From positions 3,714,498 through 3,778,497 of the forward strand of contig OZ223236.1 of assembly GCA_965140445.1 (NCBI GenBank): a DNA stretch of 64,000 nucleotides, written 5' to 3'. Origin of the DNA: Candidatus Ozemobacteraceae bacterium (GTDB lineage Bacteria > Muiribacteriota > Ozemobacteria > Ozemobacterales > Ozemobacteraceae). A program made the position numbers and the translations under genes. The notes beneath the pieces were generated by a model that did no database searches, was not told the origin of the DNA, and saw only the letters and a program-made list of their open reading frames with translations. The stretch's first letter is position 1; every line of letters starts with the position of its first letter. Shown here in pieces: positions 38,788-47,014 of this stretch.

Positions 38788-40720
38788 TAAGCTCTACAAT
38801 TGACTTTATCAATGCGTTTTTCTGGTAGGGCTTTTGTAGAAGAATTCCTGGAATTTTTAACATATACTCAGTTTCAAGAAGATCGCTACTATATCCGCTA
38901 GCAAACAAAACAGGGACGCCAGATTTAATTTTAGAAATATTGTCATAAACATCTCGGCCATTCATTTCTGGCATGATCATGTCCAGTATCAATAAATCTA
39001 TCTGCTCTGAATTTTCTTTAAATAGTTCTACTGCTTCCGCCCCGTTCGTGGCTTCAATAACATTACAACCAGCGGAATTTAAAGTCCTTAAAACCAGTTG
39101 GCGAACCATTTTATCGTCTTCTGCAACAAGAACATTCTTGCCAACGAGAGCAGTAGAATCAGTCTTTTGATCAACAACAGGAGCTTTTTCGATATTCTTA
39201 ACATTTTTCTTTTCAGGGAAGAACATCTTAAAACTCGTACCTTTTTTATGCTCACTTTCCAGAATTACATAAGCGCTATGTCTTTTTAAAATAGCATAGA
39301 CCATGGATAAACCAAGGCCGGTACCCCGTCCAACGTCCTTAGTAGTAAAAAACGGTTCAAATACCCGATCAATGTAATCAGCAGGAATTCCACAGCCATT
39401 ATCCTCAACCGTTAAAACCACATAATCACCAATAGGAATGTAGCCATTTACAGTTAAAATTTCTTCATTTACAAATTTTTCTTCAAGATTAAATTCAATT
39501 TGCCCTTCTCCGAGCATCGCATCTCTTGAATTAATGCAGAGATTCACCAAAATCTGCTCCAATTGGACAGGGTCTCCATAGATCATTAATTCTGGAGCAA
39601 ACTTCCCAATATTTAAATTTATTCCATCTCCCAAAACAGACCTTAGCAATTTCATTAAAGCAGGGATCAATACCGAAAGATTAATAAGCTCGAATTTTAG
39701 ATCCTGAGATCTGCTAAAACTAAGCAACTGCTTTACAAGCATCATCGACTTTTCGCCTGCTTCAAGAATATTGTTAATCTCATCAATTTCGCCAATATCA
39801 GAGAATTTATCTTTTGCAATCTCTGCATAGCCCATAATTACTTGAAGGAGATTGTTAAAATCATGAGCAATTCCTCCTGCAAGGCTTCCAATCGCTTCCA
39901 TTTTTTGCGACTGACGAAGTTGAGAGTCCATTTCAACCTTTTCAGAGATATCTTGCAAAATCCCAGACATTTTTATCGGGTTTCCTACTTCATCAAATTC
40001 TGAAACCTTGCCCTGACAATGAAGCCAGACAAAATTCCCCTTGAAATGTTTTGCCCTGAAGTCCACTGAAAAATATGGAATATCTCCCATTAAATGTTCA
40101 TTTAGTCTCTTTAGAACAGACTTTTGATCGTCCTTATGTATATAGGGGTTTTCATCCCAGAACCTGAACTCGAGTTCCCTGTCTGGATATCCAAGCAAAC
40201 ATGAAAGGTTCTTCATACATAAAATCTCCGCGGTTGATGGATTCCAACCCCACAGAGCAATCCTGCCTTCGCGCAAAACGTCTTCGAGCCAATTTTGAGC
40301 TTCAGCTATTGAATTTAAATTGCACTTTGCTCCTTCTGACCAATCACCAACTATAGAACCAATATTTTCATCTTTTGAGTAAAAGCTTTTTTCAAAAATA
40401 TGAATCTCGTCTTTATTTTTTCCTGGCTCCAATACCAATTCAAGCTTACCATCTGGGAAACCTTCAATCCTGGCACATTCTTTAATAAAAGACTGCGCTA
40501 AAAAACATTCAATCTGAAGAGTGTTTTGCTTTTGAAATTGAAAAAAAGAGTCTTCAACAGAAATTCTTGCCCCAAGCGTAGATACGAAAACCTCATCCAG
40601 CTTTTTTCCATTCGCATACTTAAAAAAAGGAAGTAAACGAAAGATAACACTCTCCGAATTGGTTTTAATAATTTTCCCAGCCAAATCCGAAACTAGTAAC
40701 CACTTTTCTTGCTTAATCAT
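38780..40720 (-). CDS. Hybrid sensor histidine kinase (PAS, HisKA, HATPase, receiver), cytoplasmic.
   Basis: 646 aa. H-box GIAHDFNNLLQVIMGYAEIA. GRGTGLGLSMVYAILKRH. Receiver VLVAEDDKMVRQ...DLLILDMIMPEMNGRD. Paralogous in its core to 21442-23544. Confidence 0.8.
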   Translation of the reverse strand: MIKQEKWLLVSDLAGKIIKTNSESVIFRLLPFFKYANGKKLDEVFVSTLGARISVEDSFFQFQKQNTLQIECFLAQSFIKECARIEGFPDGKLELVLEPGKNKDEIHIFEKSFYSKDENIGSIVGDWSEGAKCNLNSIAEAQNWLEDVLREGRIALWGWNPSTAEILCMKNLSCLLGYPDRELEFRFWDENPYIHKDDQKSVLKRLNEHLMGDIPYFSVDFRAKHFKGNFVWLHCQGKVSEFDEVGNPIKMSGILQDISEKVEMDSQLRQSQKMEAIGSLAGGIAHDFNNLLQVIMGYAEIAKDKFSDIGEIDEINNILEAGEKSMMLVKQLLSFSRSQDLKFELINLSVLIPALMKLLRSVLGDGINLNIGKFAPELMIYGDPVQLEQILVNLCINSRDAMLGEGQIEFNLEEKFVNEEILTVNGYIPIGDYVVLTVEDNGCGIPADYIDRVFEPFFTTKDVGRGTGLGLSMVYAILKRHSAYVILESEHKKGTSFKMFFPEKKNVKNIEKAPVVDQKTDSTALVGKNVLVAEDDKMVRQLVLRTLNSAGCNVIEATNGAEAVELFKENSEQIDLLILDMIMPEMNGRDVYDNISKIKSGVPVLFASGYSSDLLETEYMLKIPGILLQKPYQKNALIKSIVELIG

Positions 40721-40847
40721 TTTTTCCTTCGCTATCTTTATAAGAGCTTTTTTCGATCCTCGAATAAATAGTAACAGAACTTTTTCCTATTTTGAAACGT
40801 TTTACGTCCCATAATAAAAAAAGGAACAGTAAAAACACAAAAAGCGG

Positions 40848-40935
40848 GAAAAAAAGGGCCCCTGGATAAAATACCAGGGGCAAAGTGAGAGGATCTTTTG
40901 AGAGGATACGTGAAGTCGCGCGGGGACGCGACTAA
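40848..40935 (-). ncRNA. Candidate small RNA 3' end or leader attenuator: two GC-rich hairpins, two CCUCUC motifs and a U-run, on the minus strand.
   Basis: Minus-strand reading: GUCGCG-UCCCCG-CGCGAC hairpin (40915-40932), AUCCUCUC x2 (rc of GAGAGGAT at 40887-40894 and 40900-40907), then GCCCCUGG-uauuuuau-CCAGGGGC hairpin (40857-40881) followed by CCUUUUUUU. GC-rich perfect stems stand out in a ~38% GC, 750-bp intergenic region. Confidence 0.35.
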
Positions 40936-41339
40936 GCGTAAAAACAAAGGTTCAACCTGTTAACCAGTTACGATCTTTGGATTGACAAAAACATGCGTTA
41001 ATAGACCATAAATCGCCGAAGCGAAAGGTTTTAAGATTGATCCCTAATTATCAAAGAACGAATTTCTATGTAAGCAATATCTATGCCAACTTATTTTTTT
41101 CAAACAACCTACAAAACACAAGAAAACCCCCAGTCTTTTGAGTGCGATTTTTTCACATGTGCACTTTTCGCACGTTAGTTTTCGCACACTCGACTCTGAC
41201 CAGTCTTTTTTCAACTTATCTTAGTCCAAAAAAACTGTTTGCCCCTATTCAAAGCTAGATCAAACAACTATAGGTGTAGAATTTTAATCTTAACATGAAA
41301 TTTTGGACCCAGATGATAAGGGCAACTGCAAATGTAGAT

Positions 41340-41368
41340 TTGAAATAATTGAAGATTACCTATATAAT
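41340..41368 (+). promoter_or_regulatory. Sigma70-like promoter for hslO.
   Basis: TTGAAA (41340-41345), 17 nt spacer, TATAAT (41363-41368), ~105 nt upstream of the hslO ATG. Confidence 0.35.
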
Positions 41369-41472
41369 ATTGCGCAAATCTTATTGTAAACTGATTCCCT
41401 TACACACCATTTAAGTATTTAATAAGCTTTAAGCTGATTGAATAACTGCCGGAAACCAACAAGGAATTAACG

Positions 41473-42354
41473 ATGGATCAATTAATATACGGGTTCTCCA
41501 ACGAAAAAAAAATATCTCTCACATTTGTAGACGTCACCGACACAGCTAAAGAGTTAGAGAAAAAGCATCTCTCAGGCCCTACAGCCGGAAGATTTCTTGC
41601 TGAAGCTCTTGTTTCAGTAGCACTGTTGTCTGGAGAGCTTGGCCAGCCTGACGAAAGAATTTCCCTGCAAGCACAGGTTGACGGCCCTATAGGTGGATGT
41701 TTTGTGGATGCATCAAAAGATGGCAGTCTTAGAGGATATTCAAATATTAAAATTTTGAATAAATTTGATGAATCTGATCAAACCCCTTTAGCCGAGGTTC
41801 TTGGAGACAATGGAGCTATCACTCTCATCCATTCAAGTAAATTCCATGTTCTATCTCAAAAACGTTTTCAATGTTCTCCATTAAACCTTAGACACGGAAT
41901 AGCCAGATACTACAATGATGACCAGAATAAACCCACCGCGGTAGAAATCAGTGCAGTATCAAGATCTCATTATCTTCACAATGCTACAGGGCTTATGGTT
42001 ACAAGAATGCCAGAAGGAGATTCAGAAGACTTTGTTCCACTCCTTGAAAGATTTAACGACAAAACAATCCAAAAAGCTTTAAATCAAATGGTAGATATTG
42101 AACTAATGGGAGCGAGGCTCGGTTTAAATGATTTGAAAATCATTGAAAAAAGGCCCCTGAAGTTTAATTGCACCTGTAGTCATGAAAAAGTTATTAATTC
42201 GCTATCATGCATGAAACTTGATGAGCTTAACGAGTTCATTGAGACAAAAACAGAGCCAGAAGTTACCTGTCACTTCTGCAGCAATACTTATCGGGTTTCA
42301 ATTCAAGAAGTAACCAATCTGATTCTATCAATTTCAGAAAAGCCAAAGGAATAA
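41473..42354 (+). CDS. hslO: Redox-regulated chaperone Hsp33.
   Basis: 293 aa. N-terminal Hsp33-type region LSGPTAGRFLAEALVSVALLSGEL. C-terminal zinc centre CTCSHEKV...CHFCSNTY (CxC...CxxC). Confidence 0.85.
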   Translation: MDQLIYGFSNEKKISLTFVDVTDTAKELEKKHLSGPTAGRFLAEALVSVALLSGELGQPDERISLQAQVDGPIGGCFVDASKDGSLRGYSNIKILNKFDESDQTPLAEVLGDNGAITLIHSSKFHVLSQKRFQCSPLNLRHGIARYYNDDQNKPTAVEISAVSRSHYLHNATGLMVTRMPEGDSEDFVPLLERFNDKTIQKALNQMVDIELMGARLGLNDLKIIEKRPLKFNCTCSHEKVINSLSCMKLDELNEFIETKTEPEVTCHFCSNTYRVSIQEVTNLILSISEKPKE

Positions 42355-42362
42355 AAAGGGAA

Positions 42363-44297
42363 ATGAGTAAAGTAATTAAAGCCCCCTTCGGCTCATGGGA
42401 TTCCCCATTAACAACCGATAAAGTAGTTGAAAAATCGGCTTCATTAGGGGAAGTAAAGGTCTCTGAAAACGGAGAAATTTACTTTCTTGAATTTCGTCCC
42501 ACAGATAAAGGAAGAACCGTTTTAGTAAAGCTTGAGAATGGGGAAAAACAAGACATCACCCCTTCTCCGTATAATATAAGAACCCGTTTGCATGAGTATG
42601 GTGGCAGCTCAATCCTTTTTTCAGACAATTGCTACTATTTTTCAGAATTTTCTGACCAAAGAATCTATAGGCACGACCTCGGGTCTAAACCAGTTCCAAT
42701 TACCCCAGAGAAGCCCTGGAGATTTGCTAATTTCACCCTGGACAAGTCCAGAAACCTTCTTTTTTCAATAATGGAAGATCATTCTGAAAGTTCCCATGAA
42801 CCAGAGAACTGCATAGCAAAAATCAATTTATCCACAGGCCAGGTTGAAAAAATCCTTACGGGTTATGATTTCTATTCTTCACCAGCACTTAGCAATGACG
42901 GAAAGCGCCTGGCGTATTTCTGTTGGAATCACCCTCAAATGCCATGGGATGGTAATGAATTATGGGTTGCCGATCTTGATGAAAATGGAGAGGTCCTTAA
43001 TAGAACGCTGATTACTGGAGGAAAAAGAGAATCCACCTTTCAACCAGAATGGTCATCTGATGGTTCTCTTTATTATGTGACAGACAAACAAAACGGTTGG
43101 TGGAATTTGTATAGAAACGATTTCACCACTGAAAAGAATCTTTACCCCATTGAAGCAGAGTTTGGCCGTCCTCAATGGAAAATCGGCGATAAAAGTTTCC
43201 TGATCATAGATGAGAATCTTACAATTTTCACATTTAACCTCAAAGGAACCTGGAAAATTGGCTTGATGGATAAGCGAAAAGAAACACCAAGAGTCTTTGA
43301 CTCAGTAATTTCGAGCTTTTCATCATTGAATTATCACAATGGTAAGATTATATTTCTAGGCGCTTCACCAGTTGACTCCCCCGCAATATTTTCTCTGGAT
43401 ATTGATTCAGGCGAATTTGAAAAGCTATTTGCCCTGGAAAAAATCCCAATAGAAAAAGAATTTATTTCTGTACCAGAAGCTCTTGAATTCCCCACCGATG
43501 GCGGAGAGACAGCACACGCTTTTTTTTATCCTCCATGTAATCCAGGATACGAAGGTCTTGATAAAGAGCTCCCCCCTCTAGTGGTAATGAGCCACGGAGG
43601 TCCTACGGCTTGCGCCTCTAATATTCTTGCAATTGCAACCCAATTCTGGACAACCAGAGGATTTGCCGTGGTGGATGTAAATTATGGCGGAAGCACTGGC
43701 TATGGAAGAGAATACAGAGAGCGCTTACATGGAAACTGGGGAGTTGTCGACATGCATGATTGCGAAAACGCAGCTCAGTATCTAGCTCAAAAAGGCTTAA
43801 TAGATAAGAATAGAATTGCAATTCGTGGCGGCAGTGCGGGTGGATACTCTACCCTATGTGCCCTCACCTTCTTAAATAGCTTCCATGTCGGAGCCAGCTA
43901 TTTTGGCGTAAGCAACCTTGAAGCACTTGCCAGAGATACCCATAAGTTTGAAGCCAGATATTGCGACAGCATGGTTGGCCCATATCCAGAGGCCAAAGAA
44001 ATTTATTATAAAAGATCTCCCATAAATTTTACGGAAAAGCTCTCTTGCCCGGTTATATTCTTTCAGGGATTAGAGGATAAAGTTGTTCCACCAAACCAAG
44101 CTGAAGAAATGTATAAAAAACTCATTGAGAAAAACCTTCCCACAGCATATATGGCCTATCCAGGAGAAGCCCATGGTTTTAGAGAAGCTGCCAATATAAA
44201 GCATTCTCTAGAAACGGAACTTTACTTCTACTCAAGGGTTTTTAACTTTGAACCCGCTGGAAACATAGCAAAAATTGAGATTAGAAATCTAAAATAG
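42363..44297 (+). CDS. S9-family serine peptidase (beta-propeller + alpha/beta-hydrolase).
   Basis: 644 aa. Catalytic Ser in GGSAGGYS. C-terminal PGEAHGF His motif. N-terminal ~380 aa propeller-like. Confidence 0.8.
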   Translation: MSKVIKAPFGSWDSPLTTDKVVEKSASLGEVKVSENGEIYFLEFRPTDKGRTVLVKLENGEKQDITPSPYNIRTRLHEYGGSSILFSDNCYYFSEFSDQRIYRHDLGSKPVPITPEKPWRFANFTLDKSRNLLFSIMEDHSESSHEPENCIAKINLSTGQVEKILTGYDFYSSPALSNDGKRLAYFCWNHPQMPWDGNELWVADLDENGEVLNRTLITGGKRESTFQPEWSSDGSLYYVTDKQNGWWNLYRNDFTTEKNLYPIEAEFGRPQWKIGDKSFLIIDENLTIFTFNLKGTWKIGLMDKRKETPRVFDSVISSFSSLNYHNGKIIFLGASPVDSPAIFSLDIDSGEFEKLFALEKIPIEKEFISVPEALEFPTDGGETAHAFFYPPCNPGYEGLDKELPPLVVMSHGGPTACASNILAIATQFWTTRGFAVVDVNYGGSTGYGREYRERLHGNWGVVDMHDCENAAQYLAQKGLIDKNRIAIRGGSAGGYSTLCALTFLNSFHVGASYFGVSNLEALARDTHKFEARYCDSMVGPYPEAKEIYYKRSPINFTEKLSCPVIFFQGLEDKVVPPNQAEEMYKKLIEKNLPTAYMAYPGEAHGFREAANIKHSLETELYFYSRVFNFEPAGNIAKIEIRNLK

Positions 44298-44299
44298 TT

Positions 44300-44352
44300 A
44301 AAAAAACAAAGGCCAGAGCTAAAGTCATTTTAGTTCTGGCCATTTTATTTTC
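44300..44352. terminator. Bidirectional terminator between the S9 peptidase (+) and xth (-).
   Basis: ggccagagctaa ... ttagttctggcc hairpin with T-rich flanks on both strands. Confidence 0.5.
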
Positions 44353-44361
44353 CGGATTCTT

Positions 44362-45174
44362 TTACTCAAATGTTGCCCAGACAGGAGCATGGTCTGATGG
44401 TTTTTCCATTGCTCTTATTTCCAGATCGATTCCAGAATCAGTAAATCTTTCAGAGAAAGCTTTTGAAGCCAGCAATAAATCTATGCGCAGGCCACGCTTT
44501 GGATCATCTTCAAATCCCTTACTTCGGTAATCAAACCAGCTAAAAGTATCAGAAACATCAGGAGAGAACTTTCGATACAGATCAACCAGTCCCCAGTTTA
44601 CCAGAGCTTCCAACCACTCCCTTTCTTCAGGAAGGAAACAACATTTCCCGGTCTTAAGCCATCTTTTGGCATTTATAGGACCAATTCCAATATCATTATC
44701 ACCGGGCGCAATGTTCATGTCGCCCATAATAACCAGGTTATCGGTTTTTTTAAAATCTGACTTCAGGTAATCAAGAAGATCTGCATAAAACTTTTGTTTT
44801 GCAGGAAACTTGGTTGGATGATCCCGGCTTTCGCCTTGCGGAAAATACCCATTAATAATTACAAAAGGCTTACCTTTATCATCCTGGTAAGTTCCGGCAA
44901 TTAATCTTCGTTGCGCAAGTTCATCATCACCGGGAAACCCTTTTCGAATGTCCACTGCTTTCTTCAAAGACATTAAAGCAACTCCGTAATGCCCCTTCTG
45001 CCCAAAAAAATCCACATGGTATCCCATATCATCAAAGGCCTTAACCGGAAAAGCGTCATCGACAACCTTAATCTCCTGCAAACCGACAACATCAGGACGA
45101 TGCGTTTCAACAAATTTCTCAACTTGATGTAATCTTGCTCTTATTCCATTTACATTGAATGATGCTATTTTCAT
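44362..45174 (-). CDS. xth: Exodeoxyribonuclease III.
   Basis: [17 protein letters not shown]... is the canonical ExoIII N-terminus. Start reassigned to the ATG at 45174 with a GGAG RBS (270 aa); the track start at 45258 adds 28 residues. C-terminal SDHAPV motif. Confidence 0.85.
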   Translation of the reverse strand: MKIASFNVNGIRARLHQVEKFVETHRPDVVGLQEIKVVDDAFPVKAFDDMGYHVDFFGQKGHYGVALMSLKKAVDIRKGFPGDDELAQRRLIAGTYQDDKGKPFVIINGYFPQGESRDHPTKFPAKQKFYADLLDYLKSDFKKTDNLVIMGDMNIAPGDNDIGIGPINAKRWLKTGKCCFLPEEREWLEALVNWGLVDLYRKFSPDVSDTFSWFDYRSKGFEDDPKRGLRIDLLLASKAFSERFTDSGIDLEIRAMEKPSDHAPVWATFE

Positions 45175-45445
45175 TTTTTCTCCATTTATCGGAAAACCAC
45201 CTCGGGGCCGTTCAATTAAATCCTGGCACTCAGCTTCGATGGTTGTTTCCAGAATCAAAAATACAGTTCAAATTTTAATGTTTTAAGACTCCAAATCTTC
45301 AAACAAAAGATTTTTATGAGTCATCATTCTAACAAATTTACCTAAACTTTGGCAGTATGGTTTTGCAGAGTTAGCCCCAATAACAAAAAAAAACTTTTTC
45401 GAAAAAAATCAGTATAATAATAAGATATTAACTTAGGGGTACCTT

Positions 45446-46645
45446 ATGCGATATAGATTTTTTATGCTATCAGCGCTGCTCTCAATGCTTTTTTTCTCAG
45501 CAACTTTATCTGCCAATCCTTTTTCAGAGGAAGAAATTTTCGTTCCGGTGAATGTTCAGATTGAACAACCAGCATCCGAAATAGAATCAGCTCAAGTAGC
45601 TTCTTTTACCACAATTGAAACGCTTGTCGCCTCCGATTCATTGTCTTTGTGGAAAGATCTTCAAAAACTCTATGGAACCCTGGGAAAACGTACAGGCAAA
45701 CAAAACACCCACAGCGACAGCGAAAACGCCGTAGAACACCATTTAGATGGGTATGACAACTTAGATATTGATATTGATGGTGATAACTACTGCGGACAAT
45801 TTGCAATGAGCACGCTGCTAAACGGCATGGGAATTGAAACTGACCCGCAAAAAGTTTATCAGGAATCCAACCCGGCTGGCATTTTCACCGCGCCACCTAC
45901 AATTGTAGAATATTTGCGTATGAACGGCATAAAAGCCAAAATGAAAAACCAGGCCTCGGTTAACGATATAGTTAAACGTATTGATGATGGAAAACCTGTT
46001 ATGGTTCTTGTTGATTCAGGCGATGGCATCCCCCACTGGATTTGTATTACTGGTTATGACACCGATGATAAAGGCAATGTAACATCTGTTAGGATGCGTG
46101 ATTCATACTGGGGAACCAGAGGTCCACACACAATGAGCATCAGCGACTTTGAAAAAGCATGGAAATCACCATTTGGCAGTGGAACCCTTAGCAGTCTTGT
46201 AAGCTATTCAAATCTACTGATTGATAATTATGGAACTTATCCACCAAACTCAACCCCTCCAATTTATCCGGGCACATTTGACACTGCAACCGAAGACAAT
46301 ATGGCATCAGGTATTAACGATGTGGTTAATGGCTGGAAAAACCACTCAGTATCCAAAGTTATCGGTGGTGCTTCCAAATTACTTCTGGGTCTTCCAGGAG
46401 CAATTGGCGGCGTAGCTTCTAATTTTGCAGATAAAACAAGTCAGAATTGGATGGAATGGGGCCGAAATAAGATGGGTGAAAACGGTCTTGGAAACAAGAT
46501 CCTTGGCGGCGCAGCTTTTGCAGGCGGAGCAATAACTAATACCGTAGCCAAAGCAGGAAAAGCAGTCTCCAACCTTTGGTCCAGCCAGGTTTCAATCATT
46601 GGAAATGGTATTAAAAAGCTTGGTTCTCTTTTTTCAAGAAACTAA
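45446..46645 (+). CDS. Secreted Peptidase_C39_2-like (papain-fold) domain protein with glycine-rich C-terminal tail.
   Basis: Signal peptide MRYRFFMLSALLSMLFFSATLSANPF. Catalytic Cys context DNYCGQFAMSTLLNGMGI. His context IPHWICITGYD. The last ~110 aa are a G/A/N-rich low-complexity tail (GGASKLLLGLPGAIGGVASN...GGAAFAGGAITN). Confidence 0.5.
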   Translation: MRYRFFMLSALLSMLFFSATLSANPFSEEEIFVPVNVQIEQPASEIESAQVASFTTIETLVASDSLSLWKDLQKLYGTLGKRTGKQNTHSDSENAVEHHLDGYDNLDIDIDGDNYCGQFAMSTLLNGMGIETDPQKVYQESNPAGIFTAPPTIVEYLRMNGIKAKMKNQASVNDIVKRIDDGKPVMVLVDSGDGIPHWICITGYDTDDKGNVTSVRMRDSYWGTRGPHTMSISDFEKAWKSPFGSGTLSSLVSYSNLLIDNYGTYPPNSTPPIYPGTFDTATEDNMASGINDVVNGWKNHSVSKVIGGASKLLLGLPGAIGGVASNFADKTSQNWMEWGRNKMGENGLGNKILGGAAFAGGAITNTVAKAGKAVSNLWSSQVSIIGNGIKKLGSLFSRN

Positions 46646-46660
46646 CCTATTTATCATATA

Positions 46661-46706
46661 AAACAATGCCCCCCGATCCGCAATTGGATCGGGGGGCATT
46701 GTTTTT
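46661..46706. terminator. Bidirectional rho-independent terminator.
   Basis: aatgccccccgatccg-caat-tggatcggggggcatt followed by gttttt. Confidence 0.6.
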
Positions 46707-46730
46707 CAGCAAATAACAAAGAACCTGGCC

Positions 46731-46910
46731 TTAACCATTAATTTCTTCCAGTATTTCCAGAATATCATCATTGCATTGCCCGCATACGGTTGAAGCCTCT
46801 GTCACTTCTCCAACTTCCTTGACGGTTTTTAACGATTTCTCTTTAATCGCCTTAACAATTTCACTTTTATAAATGCCCTTACAAATGCAAACCAATTTAT
46901 CCTCTTCCAT
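46731..46910 (-). CDS. Bfd-like [2Fe-2S]-binding domain protein, 59 aa; absent from the ORF track.
   Basis: MEEDKLVCICKGIYKSEIVKAIKEKSLKTVKEVGEVTEASTVCGQCNDDILEILEEING. CxC...CxxC spacing matches the Bfd-like domain. GGAGG RBS (rc of 46916-46920), 5 nt before the ATG. Confidence 0.55.
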   Translation of the reverse strand: MEEDKLVCICKGIYKSEIVKAIKEKSLKTVKEVGEVTEASTVCGQCNDDILEILEEING

Positions 46911-47014
46911 GTTTTCCTCCGTTATTAGTTCCTGGCTTTTTTTAGTCCTCTAATATAAGTTTAAGATACTTTTTTCCAGAGTCAAACAAAGTTTCTCAAC
47001 CTGCCTGCTTTTGA

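Noticed and set aside
40738-40947. ORF-track CDS of 69 aa on the minus strand.
   Set aside because: No RBS and an odd composition. It exactly overlies the GC-hairpin/terminator structure, which is better explained as RNA structure.
41135-41175. Possible CIRCE (HrcA operator) upstream of hslO, because of GAGTGC / GCACT half-sites.
   Set aside because: CIRCE is TTAGCACTC-N9-GAGTGCTAA. Here the half-sites are in the opposite order with a 14-nt spacer and lack the TTAGCA/TGCTAA ends. Reported only as an uncharacterised dyad.
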